A DNA stretch of 64,000 nt from Vicugna vicugna (Eukaryota), in the NCBI GenBank assembly GCA_013265495.1, contig MU058213.1:5227149-5291148 (forward strand), written 5' to 3'. The notes below the pieces were generated by a model that was given only the letters and a program-made list of their open reading frames with translations, made no database searches and was not told the DNA's origin. This document shows positions 50,316 through 62,670 of this stretch, in pieces. Position 1 is the first letter of the stretch. Each line of letters starts with the position of its first letter. The position numbers were made by a program, and so were the translations under genes.

Positions 50316-52609
50316 GGGAAATGCACACATTTTCTTTAAAGAAAGACAGCTATTCATTTCAAAACACTTTACCCTGCAATTCACCTTCTAGTCTTGGCAC
50401 TCTATTAGTAACTCTACAAATGGAATCAGGCAATATTATTTTCTAGTATTCATCCATTTATTCATTTATTCAAACACAAAGATGTGTGGGCCACATTTTG
50501 TGCAAAAGGTGCCATGATACCAGCTTTCATGAAAATTCAAATCCAGGAAGGTAAGTAGCCTAGGCATTAAGCAGTATCGGATTCCTTGATGTGACATTAT
50601 CAAACACACGAGTTATTTATGCAGTAATAATAAAAATAAAGATTTGAAATAAATCTCCCCAAAAACCATGTGAAAGGTTTCTCACAAGAGAGTTGGTGTG
50701 TTCAGAAGTCATTTGTGACTATTATTATTTACAGCAGAATCATTCCAAAAATTGTAAGACAAAAAGTGATGTGAAATCTTAGTTGGCTGAAATGATGAGG
50801 AGTTCCAACAAAGCAAAAATTGTGCTATCATGTTAACAGCTGCGTTATTTCAATAGCTGTCCCCACTACACCACTCACAATTAGAGACATTCATAAATAA
50901 GCCCCTCATTAGCTCTCTGAAGAACTAAGTTACTGACTTTGCTAGAATTTGTTAAAAGCAGAAGTTGGGTTTTTTTTTTTTAGCTAAATGTAGTTTATGT
51001 ACCCATATTTGCACATATGCGTCTATACTAAATGTTGAGCAATAATCTCTTTCCTTAATTTGGATCATCCAGAGTTCCAGAAATCACTCTATTTGTGTAC
51101 TTCTTTTCTAAGCTTTCTCTTTTTCTCTGTTGGAATTCCTGGTAATGATACCAGAATGTGGGCAAACCTCATTAGTCTCCCTGCTGTTTACAAGGCAGGA
51201 TTTATGCTCAATGTGCTGAACACAATGACACACATCACTAAATGGCCAAAACTACCACCCAGGCTCTAATCTGAGAAATTTTTCACCCACTACAAATACC
51301 TAACAACATGGAGAAACATGGAAGAGCAATTACAGTCAACACGTGTCGTCTTTTAAGAGTACCCCTATAAATACCCATTTGTAAAGGTTAATTTAATGCA
51401 ACCCAGGCTGTTATCTGGAATAGTATATGTCACCAATTGAATCCATTAAGTAATTACTAAATTCTCAAGAGGGCTCACAGAAGTCAAATGTGGTTATTCC
51501 AGGTTCGTTGCTGCTGATCTCCCTAAGGACCATTTAAGCCAACAGCTGGAAGAGCTGACTACAGAGGTTCCCAGGCATAACTAACCATTTTACAAAAACA
51601 GGTAAATGAGTCTAATGAAAGACTGAGGGTCATCAAGAGCCTGCCTGAGAGAAACACTCAGGGAAACAGACGAGAAGCACAAGCGCGCAAAAATTTAAAA
51701 GGAGATGGAAAAGGTGAGAAGAAGGGATTCTGACTCGGGAGCAGAGGAGAAAGAGAAATGAGTTCTCTCTAAAAGTGAAGACAGAAATCTGGAGACTAGA
51801 AGATCTGGCTTAAAGGAGACAACCTGCCAACAGTTCCTTAGGTCTGGATTTTTGAGCCATTTACAATGAAACATTAATTGTGCATCCCAATCACCATCAC
51901 CCTCTGTCACCGAAATTCTGTTAAAGTTTGGATATTGCACATATTTCTGGGGACCACTCTATTCCTCTATTTCATCCCTGCTGAAGTTACATGTACTAGA
52001 TGGATCTAACAGTAGTTAAGCCTTAGTGAGAAAGGGTTGTTTATAAAATTTAGGCAAGATAGAACACATCTACCCAACTCTTTCTGGCAAGTGCCCCTCC
52101 CACATTTATAGTGAAGTAACACAAAATGATGGCCTTTGTGGGGAGAGGAAGCATCAGAAAGAATGTGAAACATATTTACTTTCAATAATCTCATATATCC
52201 TCACTCCCAAGTGAATCTGAATAACCATAACAAAGAAAGCACTTTCTGAATGAAAAAACAAACAAGCAGGTGTCATTAAGGGCCATGTGTGGCTACCCAA
52301 CCAGTGAGAATCCAAAAATACAGTTCTTTCCCACAGCCCAAAGAATCACACCTTCCCAGCTGATTCATACCTAAAGTGCTGATTATATCAACTTTCTTTT
52401 TTGAACACATACTCTCATCTTTATGTCAGGTTGAATTGTTGCTAAGGATAGCTAGAACAATACCAACTGGACTTAAGGCAGGATTTGTAGCCAGGAGAAC
52501 TGGATTTGGCATTATCCTGTAAAACGCTCAGCAGAGCTTTAGGCTAATACTTCAAATTGTACCGTCTCTGTTGTGGTTTTTGTATTCCTGTTGTTATGAG
52601 CAAGGAAGG

Positions 52610-52800
52610 AGAAGGATTACTTGAGTTCTGGAATTGCCACCAACTAGCTATTGATTCTGGAAAAATTATTTAACTTTAATATGCCTGATTTTCTCACTTA
52701 TAAAATGGGGATATTAATATAATATTCACATCACAGGACTTCCACAATTATTAGAAGTTATCATATATGAAAAGAACTCTGGAAACTGTAGTATTAATAA
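52610..52800 (+). mobile_element. MIR
   Basis: tgccaccaactagcta...gcctgattttctcacttataaaatggggata. Confidence 0.6.
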
Positions 52801-53689
52801 CAAAGGATAATATGTTAATAATTAAAGTAGTACTACTAATAAAAGGATAATTAATTGCTGTTAGTAGCTATTAATAATAATAAAATATAACAAGTATTCA
52901 CTCAACACACACTTCCTGAGCATTTACACTGTGAGACACTGAGCTAGATGCTACAGAAATATCAAGATGAATGAGAGTTTATAATCCAGTACAGTTTTGG
53001 AGTAGAAGATTAAACAGGAAAATATAACACAAGGCAAAAACTGCACACTTTAGGAGTAGTGCAAACAAGTAACAAGGGCGTTGAGAAAATATGCTCATCC
53101 TAAAAAATAAGTGTGGGGCCAACTCTGTCAGGTATTACATAAGCAACATGAACAGAAGGGCTGGATTCACTTTTAAGGCTGGAGAATTTCATTCTTCAGT
53201 AGCCTCTTAAGAATCAGAGGCACACATACACGGATCAAATAACTTATGAAATCCAAACACAAGGGTGAATGTACAACACCAGCTTTGAGTTTAAAACACA
53301 ATGAGTTCAAACACTAATAAAATACAAAGTAATGTTATTTTCAAGCCTGGTGCTAAGGAATAATTTAAATTCTCTAAACTAACAGGATGAAGCACAGTAC
53401 TGTATTAGTCAAGAAAAAGGTCTGTCTTTACTAGAAGTTCTTTTTCAGATTATATTTATTGTCACCTCTTGATTTTTCTCCAGTCCTATAAAAGAGTACA
53501 CAGTGAAGAATTCTGAACCTCCTAATCTTATTCCAAAATTGCATAAAATACAATTTTGAAAAATTCTTTACACATTAATATCATTTGACTTTCCCACACA
53601 TTATATTATTTGTCCTTAAAATTTGTGTCATTATATATAAACAAATCCCAATTATAGGGGGATTAAGACACAAGCACAAAAGGTGAAAT

Positions 53690-54830
53690 TTTGAATGGTA
53701 AAAATCAACTTTCAGAAGACTATAAAGAAGGATATCTTGAAAAACTTGGAATAATAGCAGATTTCTTAAACAAGACACTAAAAGCACTAAATACAAAGGA
53801 AAAAAGAAAAATTCCCCTCCATTTCCATTTAAAACTACATGACAACTATGCCAAAAAAAAAAAAAAGAAAAAGAAAAGGTACAAGAGGGATGAAAATGAA
53901 AATGTTCATACAATAAACAATTATCAAAGGATCATAATCCTAAATATATAAAAGTTGCTACAAATCAATAAAAACAACCACACACACAAAGAGAAATAAG
54001 CAAATGATAGACTACTCAGTTCACAAAGGAGGAAAGCCAAACGACCAATAACCATATGAAAAGACGTTCGACCTTACAAGAAATCAATGAAATACAAATT
54101 GAAACAGCAATGGGATAACATTTCACACTCATCAGGTTGGCAAAATTTACTAAATAGGAGAACTCCAAGTATAAGTAAGGATATAGAGCAATGGGGACTT
54201 TGACATACTGCTGGTGGCAGAGGACAGAAATTCGGCAGTTGCTAATTAAGTTGCAGACATATTCATGAGCCAACAATATCACTCTAAGCGTATATCCTAG
54301 AAGGCCTCTCAGCCAGGCAGATAAGGAGATATGCTCAAGGATGTTTAATGCAGCATTACTGTAATAGCAAAATATTGGAAGTATCTTAAATGTCCATAGT
54401 AGAATGAATTAAAAATTGTGGTATAGTCAAAGAACAAAATATTATGCAATCATGACAATGAATGAATTGCAGGTTCATCCAACAACATGGATGAATCTTG
54501 AAAATACTATGCTAAGCAAACAAAGCAAATTGCAGAAGGATACGTATGGCATGGTACCATTTATATAAAAAGATTTAGCACATGAGATAATAGCATGTAT
54601 TATTTATGAATACATACACCAATAGAAAAGATAAATGCAAAATGCCTCTGAGGAAGGAAGGGGAGAAAGAGAAGGGAATGGGAGAAATTCACAGAGGGAG
54701 CCTCAACATATTTCTTTAAAAAAAATTAGAAGCACATATTGCAAATGGTTAAGAACAAACAAATCTGGGTGTATGTACACATTTGTTATATTGTCTATAC
54801 TCTTCAGTATGACTGAAATATTTGATTTCC
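53690..54830 (+). mobile_element. L1ME-like 3' region
   Basis: aaccatatgaaaagacgttc, catttcacactcatcaggttggcaaaa, caacatggatgaatcttgaaaa. Confidence 0.75.
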
Positions 54831-57549
54831 TCTCAAGGATGTCGAAAAATACAGTGTGCTGTTGAGCTGCTGAGGCTGAAACATCTCTATCTTCTGAATC
54901 CTCATTTGCTTTAAGTGAATTCACGTCAAGCATTTAGTATTTTCTATCATGCACCACAGTTACTATGTGCATGTCTTCCTCCCACACCCAAGTGGGAATC
55001 CTCTTCCAGCCTCTTCAGGGCAGGGCACACATCTATGTATCTTTTCATGCCAGACAGTGACTAACAATGGACACAGAGGACTTAATAATCATCAGATGAA
55101 TAAATGAATGAATTCAGGGAAGCAAAAAGGATAGCTCCGGTTGAAGTTAAAAATAAAAATGACCCCAAGATAATACAATTCGATAACCTTCCCCATGAAA
55201 ATCAAGCCTTAGTGGTATGCTGGTATCAGGCTCTGAAACACAGATAAGGCAGAATTCACTGGTTTCAGGTTCAAACAGTCTAACAGTAATTTTCTGATCT
55301 CCTCCAAAAAAGGACTCAGTGAGGGAGTCCAATTTTCACACCTAGGGAAATCAGACTTTAAGTTATCCTCTGTAGATCATAAATTTTGTCTTCCCAGGCA
55401 CGGTCTTCTTATTTACCTTCTTCCTTTCAACCTTAAACCCTCCATCATTACACACACTTTGGCCCATAGATTTAGCGTGTGTCAGTGATGGGGAGTGGGG
55501 GAGAAGAGAAATAGGTGATTTTTGCCTGTTAGTGGGTTTACTAAATTCACAATATTTTACCAGATCCACTTAGCTGGAGGTAGGTTCCATAATTACTGTG
55601 GGAAAAGTCATATCCTTACTGTGGGAAAACTGAGTCAAAAAATGGTACTATTATACCATTCTTTTCGTTTTCTTTTTTTTTTTTTTTTTGTGGGGGGACC
55701 TATTATAGCATTTTTTGACTCAGTTTAATTTTTTAAAAATTCCTAGAAGTGACCTGGGGAAAAATACCCTAAGAGTCACTAGACTTGAAATCCAAAGACT
55801 TAAGCTAGACAAATGAAAATTATGTATGAGAAAATATATAAAAATAAAATCTTTAATTATTTTGAATTTTTCCCCATAGCTTATAATCAATATTGGAAAG
55901 TGTTTTAGTACCCACAATATCTTAAATTCTGTCTAAATGAGGTGTTTCCAGTCTCAACCGGACAACAAGTTTTATCTTTCCAGAGATCTAGGGATAAAGA
56001 AACTACTACTTGGTCTCTCCAAAGGTCAGACTGTGGTGAGGAAAGGAAATAGAGCAGATAACTACTTCTGGAGGTAACAGAGCTGAACTAGAGTAAAAGG
56101 AAAGCTTCCTTCTATAATAGGAATTAGAATGTTCACTCACAGACATTCTAATTTTTAACCACATTCTACAGAAGTCAATAAACCCCCATGTTTAGCCCCA
56201 GGGAAGTTTTGTTGAGAGCCCAGCAAAAGTCTAGATGGTGAAAGCACCCAATTATTATTCCAACTGGAATTTTCAAAGGCTGGAAGTGTTTTCAAATCAT
56301 GTGACACAATAGAGGCTTGCTGTAAGTAAATTCAGTAAGATTTAAAGGGAAACCATTTAAACATAACTCCATCATCCTACAGACAAACTAGCAACAGAGA
56401 AATGCCAGAGATAAGAAATTCCCAGTTTGGGTAATCTCATATATCTGAAAGGTAAAATGTAATAAAGCTCAAAGATATGTCTGAAAAGGCAATTAAAAAT
56501 TAACCAAGGTGACATTATGGCAATCACTTCTATGTGCATTGATTCGGTGTTTGAGAGGAAACGACTGGCTTTGAAATTACCTGTCACGGTGAATAAGGAA
56601 ATTAAAGAAATGCTAGGAGGACTTTCAAAATTGTCGCTGTGTGGTGCTCTTACTTTTTGGATGGTGAAGTGCACCCAAATTGGGCACTCAGGACCACTAA
56701 AAGTCTCTTCAGTTTTAAATTATGTAAAGTAAGATACCTTCCATTTCTGAAAGATATGGACCTTCTGAAAATGTCCTCTCATGCTGTCATACTTCCCAGA
56801 TCTATGCACCAGTGACGTGGCAACATCCTTGTGCAAACTACTTAAAATTCCAGAAATGGCTCTTTGCCATCTGTCATTTAGGCCCAGCCAACTGGGTATA
56901 CTGAAGCATATTAATGCAGAATTTTGGCACAAGTGTCAGATATCTAATTTGACTGTTAAAATACTGGCTGGAAAGTTGTTTGGTTAGTGACTTTTAGCAA
57001 AGACAAGTCCTTGGTAGGGAAACCTCCAAGGGATCTCATCTGATGAAAATCAAATGTAAACATGTTATAAGGATTCCACAGCTACCAAGAATATTAAACT
57101 CTTATGACTAATTAAAATAATAAACAATGGCCTGTTTAAGAAAACTTTATTGATTACACAATTCTGATCTTTCTTAAAATGGGCACCCATTAATTTGAAA
57201 CGACAAATGTAATCATCATTTTACAAAAATGAAATGAAACCAGCCCTTGGCTGACTGTCATTATATGCTGCTTACTTTCACACCCTTGCTCATTTAGTCC
57301 AGACAACAACCACGTAAGGTAGGTACTCTTATCTCAACTTTGACAGATGTAGAGACTGACACTCAGTGAAGAAATTCCCTGAGAGGAGACACCGTTCACA
57401 CCTCGTTTACTGCTGCATCTCCAGAATTCGGAACCATACCTGGCTCTGTGTGGTTAATAAACGTTAACTGCCTACATAGGCAACAAGTACATATCTGACC
57501 AAGATTTGAACAAAGGCCTATTTTAACTCAGATCCTTTCTTTTTCTAAG

Positions 57550-57725
57550 TCAAGGGCTTGTAAACGCTTTATAAAATATGGGTCATATGGTCCTGCTGTA
57601 ACTACCTGATTCTGCCACTATAGTCCAAAAACAGCCACAGACAATATGTAAGGAATGGATGTGGCTGTGTTCCAATAAAACTTTATTTGCAAAAATCAGG
57701 CAGTCTATGGTTTGCTGACCCCTAC
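57550..57725. mobile_element. MER58A-like hAT MITE
   Basis: gcc acagacaatatgtaa...gtggctgtgttccaataaaactttattt...gtttgctgacccct. Confidence 0.8.
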
Positions 57726-60700
57726 AAGCCGTCACTAAGATAACTAAAAAGATAAAAATATACATCAGTATTTGCATTTCATTATCCAACTGAGGAAGAC
57801 TTGAAAGAGAACTATGCATGTTGCTATCTGAAAGGTTTTTGGCTTAGTCGTGGTTTGATCATCACACTAACCATCACTGAATGCAACAAAGAGCTTATTA
57901 TGCATGACTGGCTTCTCTTAAGCTGGGCCACAAAAAAATCAGACCTCATAGAATGGGCTCCTCAGAGAATCTTCTACCCTCCAATAGAAAAACTGTAATT
58001 CCTCATCTTAAAGAAACAAAGGACAAAAGCGTGTCAGCAAATGATTATATACGATTCCTACGTATATAGCGGAAAGCTTCAGGTAGGACCCCAGGAGAAT
58101 TACTCAATTCAAATCCTAGAATGATGCTGTTTAGCTTTCCTGGGTTAAACAAAGATGACAGAAGCATCAAAAAGCTGTACAATTATGAAAAAGTACATTT
58201 TTGAAAACCTGAGTTCCCCTATAAACATGAAGTTTGATTAATAACTTATGATCAAGCATACAATCTTGATTAGAGGTTTGGAAGCAACTAAACCTGTGCC
58301 ATGTTTTAAAAAATAATTCCTGAGATAGGCAAGAATCTTGCCCCAGACCTAAAAAAAAAGGTCTCATAGAAACATCAAGTATGGTAATTTAAAGTTAGGG
58401 AATCAGAAGCCACAAAAGGTAGAATCTTCTTAAGAGAAGCAGACAAGTTCATATTCTCTCCATGTTTGCAACAGAAGCAACACACAAAAATAAAGATTTA
58501 AATTCTCTCTCTTAAAAAGAAATACATGACTGCTAGTAACAGCAAAGCGTCTAGTAAGGAAAGCTCTATCAATTTTTTAAAACTTAGGACTACGGTTTTC
58601 CTTATCAGTTATTCGTACTTCCTACTCTCTCTCCTTCAAAGGTTTTGCAAGGATCAAATAAGATATTCATGAAAGTGCTAGGTAAGTCATTAGGCCCTAT
58701 AAACAACATAAATGGCATTATAAGTATTAACATTACTGTTATTATTACATTGATCAACTGAACTACTGCCACGCTGATAACCAATTTTTGGCACTCAGTC
58801 TTTTTAATAAGACCCTAAACTCCTAGAAGTCGAGTATTTCCACAGCCCAAACAGTGTAATGGAAAGCACTGTTGTTAGGAACACTGCCTCTTAAATATCA
58901 TTTGAGCTGAATTGAAACTGATCCCAGAAAACAGCAGATGTTCAATAAAAGGTTGTTAAATGAATAAATAAAAGAATAAATAGTAGTTACCCAATGCACA
59001 TTAGCTCCAATTTTCAGTTGATTGCCTTCTTTTTTTTCTCTTCTAGTTAGTGGGTCAGTCCTCCATAACTCCCTCCCTCTGTTATAGCTCCCCACAGTCT
59101 CAAATACTGGAGGAAAACATACCCCTTTATGTTACTATTACAGGCATAAATTCTCACTGAAAAAGTGATGAACAGAGAGACAGCACAGCGCTAATGTGTG
59201 TGTGCAGGGGGAGGTGAGGCAGGGAGAAACTGGTGGAGCCAGAAGAGGTGATAGAGACAACAGAGAAGGTAGGGGTGGGAAAAAGCGGGTGGGATAAAGA
59301 GGGTGGGATTCCCTTCTGGGAATCTGGAAGAGATCTCCCCTGTACTTAGGGGCAGTCAATAAAGTGTAAGCCTTGATATCACAATGTGTGTACTCCTATA
59401 ATGTATTCCGATATACGAAAATTGAAAAACCAGACTGATAAAACAGGAACAACTCAAAATCTTTAATTCATAAAATTATAGCTAAAAGCAGTCACACTCC
59501 CATGTTAACTGGGAAGCAGTCTTCTTAGGATACAAGGAAGAGAGTGTACATTCTCCCGGCCCCAAAGTGGTCCCCTCGCTGCTTCATCTTGGTGGAGTTA
59601 TCAGTCTTTCTTGACTAGTACAGTTTCCAGGTTTAAAAAAAAAAAAGTATTTCTTTAAAAAGAATCCATGTTAAAACTTGGGGTCTAGCTTGCTGTAACA
59701 GGAAAATAAAAATAGACATATTCCAAAGATGGTATTGCCATTTCATTGATCGTTAGTCCTAAATGGGTGTTGAAACTTTAGAGAGGCAGGCTCATTTTAA
59801 AAATTAAATGTAATGTAAAAACCACGAATTTAGCCCTTTCAGCTTCTTTGGGGAGTGAACTTTATTTTTGGAGCATTTTCACTGGACCTCTGACAGACAA
59901 AAGTAGTAACTTTTATTTTTAATGATCTCTCCCACTCCCCTTTTATTAAAAAAAAGTAAAATACTTTTAAAAGAATGAGAACAGTGGAAAAATACAGAAA
60001 AATACAAGATTCTAAGTGCAAAGTTTTCTAAATGCATGCTACTTGAAACTCTCAAAATATCACCACTTACATATAAGTAGTGACTTTACCTGGGTCCCCA
60101 AATCGTATTTTAAAATCCTAACATTATAAATCCTTCACTAAAGATGCATTCGTTTAACACGACAAAAATTATTGAGGATCTGTTTGTCTTGTACCATTTT
60201 CTGACACAACTATTGTATTTCTTTCCTATGTGTTATTCAACGAGCCCTCTAGCAAAATAATATTTTAGCCATGACACTTTTAAAAATTCCTAATGAGTGT
60301 AGTATCACGGTTCTAAAGGACTAACTGTCCATTCTACCTTGCACATTCTTCTGCTTAAAATTGTTAATATAATCTCCCTCACTTCTGATCATAAGTGAAT
60401 TTTGGGAAAACTCTCCATTAATCTTATTTTCCTTTCAAGTGAAAATCACTACCCATTACCCAAAAGAGCAACTTCTGCTCTTCGTGTAAAGAAGTTGCTT
60501 GCCCATGCCGCCTGTCTCAGAAAATTTAGAAGTCTCACTAAAGAGCTGAGGAGGAAAGCTGCTGGGAATGTTCACAGATACCTTATTTTACAAGGTTTTG
60601 TGAAAAGAGCTTGCCTTTAGATTAGTTATTACTCAGGGTTTATGAGGGTTGTTTGTCAAGCCTAAAATAAGGTGCCTCCTCCCCACAAATTAAAGAATCA

Positions 60701-62430
60701 AGTTACAATCCATTATTTCATTTCTGATTGTTTTTCTTTGTAATAAGTGGGAAAGTGGATACTGGATAAAAGTCTCCCCTGAGCTAAAGGACTCCACATT
60801 AAAGGCTTCAATTAGCTATAAATCAGTTGTCTTTCCTACTGGGGGAGAACAAGAGAAAAGAGAGAGGGGGGGTTGTCAGAGAAAAAGAGAACTGGAAGAG
60901 CTTCCAAATTAAATTCCGAGATACCTACTGCATACCTAAAACCCCTTTCAAAGGGGCTATGAGGAAAATCCAACCTAAAGTAAGACTAAAAATCAAGCCC
61001 TCTCAAATCTGAGGTCTACTCTCACACGCAGATCTTGCATACTAAGACCTTTAAGGAGAGCCTGAAGAGGTTAGGGGCCCGCATAAAGCAAAACTCTTGA
61101 GCTGCATGCTTTCCCTGCTTGCTCCTAAACTCCGAAAAGTGCCACACATTGGCACCATTGTTATGCAAACAATGCCTAAATGGTTGTAACCATTAACGAC
61201 CTCTCATTAAAATGGCTTTCAAAAATTTGTCACACCATCTAAAAAAGCTAACAGGTACATTAAAACCATCTAAATTGGCATTCAAAACACGAGTCACCCT
61301 GATTTCGGTCCTAAAACTCAGCAAGTAAAATTTCAATGTTCTGTCGGGTTTTCAAAAAATTTCTCATTCAACCATTAAGCCAGAACCAAACAATTTATTT
61401 CTCGACAAGATTTAGTTTATCTTGTAATAAGCACAATGGAAAACAACTTTAACCATATTGTGTATGCGCAGTGTATGTTTAAGTAATTGGGAGATGTTTG
61501 TTGTAGAAATAAACTGAAAGGAATAGAAAAATCAAACAAGACAACTGCAAAGGAACTCCAAGAAACATTACTTTAAATTGTATCTATTTCTCCCCCCAAC
61601 CCAATGCTATAATATAATCCCCCTTTGTGTGTAATTAATACACTTCCTTCTACGTCAAATTTGTGGAAAGAAAGTGAATTCTATACATCAAGGTAGCGAA
61701 TGCATATTCCTTTTTACGTTGTGGTGCAACAAAAAATTCCTACTTGGCCACCCCAACATTCGTTATAAAAAATAATTTTTTTTCAGTTCAAAAGCGAACC
61801 CGTTAATTTGCACAGATTTAAAGACCTCTGAGTTTTCCAGGAAAACTGCCACTGCCTACAAAATTCTAATGAAACGCTGACATTGGGTCTCCTGCACTCA
61901 GCGGCCAGGTTTCCACGAAGCGTGCACAGGCGGCCAGACCGCTGCGTGCCTGGACGATCCGACGCGAACGCCGCTCGCTGCGCACCGTGCGGGCCGCCGA
62001 GGACCCGAGCCGGGCCGGCGGCCCAGGAGAAGAGACCGCCGGGCTGCGAGGCCAGCCTGGCGAGGGACCCCTCCTCCCCCTTTGACGGGTCCAAGCGGGG
62101 CCGACGCCTTCCCCGCAGCAGTCGGGACCCGGAGAGTCGGACCACAAGGCAGCGGCAGATGCGGTTTGGGAGGGAGCCGTTGACGGCGACCCTCAGCGCC
62201 GCGCGGCAGGTTGGGGCGAGTCCCCGACGAGTCCCAAGACCTGGCGGGGCTTCAGAAGCCCCAACCCCACGGACGGGGTTTCCCTCTGCTGCGCGGGGAC
62301 GACAGGCTGGCCCAGAAGACCCTGGCCTCCGACTCTGTCACGCCGCCAGAGCTTTACCCCTAACAGACCACGGAGAGGAAGAAAGGTTCTAGAAAGTCTC
62401 CGTGGACTGCAGGCCCTCGCGACGCCTTAC

Positions 62431-62547
62431 CTTGGTGTACTTGATCTCCAGGTTGGGCGTGGGCGACGGCAGGAGGTGCAGGGACGCCATGAGGGCGGCG
62501 GGGTCGGCCTTCACCTCGCCGGGCATCTCAATCTCACTGGAAGTCAT
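62431..62547 (-). CDS. ALDH1A2: ALDH1A2 coding exon 1: MTSSEIEMPGEVKADPAALMASLHLLPSPTPNLEIKYTK
   Basis: ATG at 62547-62545; donor AAG|GTAAGG (+ strand cttac 62426-62430); recognisable RALDH2 N-terminus. Confidence 0.97.
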
Positions 62548-62632
62548 GGAGGCGGGCGGAGGTCTCGCTCGCCCGCGGCGTGGGCTGTGCGGGCTGTGCG
62601 CGCGGTCCGCGGGCCGGGGGCGCGCTCGCCTG

Positions 62633-62670
62633 TATATAGGCAGGTGTCAAGCTGGGGCTCTTCTTATTGG
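62633..62670 (-). promoter_or_regulatory. ALDH1A2 core promoter: TATA box (TATATA, 62633-62638) and CCAAT box (62666-62670)
   Basis: Minus strand reads CCAATaagaag...cctgccTATATAcagg, about 90 nt upstream of the ATG; TATA and CCAAT elements are known for the Raldh2 promoter. Confidence 0.85.

Larger units (their letters stand above)
6795..62547 (-). other. ALDH1A2: ALDH1A2 gene span, start codon to end of exon 7 (partial; the gene continues past position 1). Introns: i1 39286 bp, i2 179, i3 2851, i4 10534, i5 1980, i6 125
   Basis: Seven exons (117, 105, 141, 130, 62, 129, 114 nt) splice into one open frame of 266 aa matching RALDH2, including WNFP, KPAEQ and FTGSTE motifs. Confidence 0.98.
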
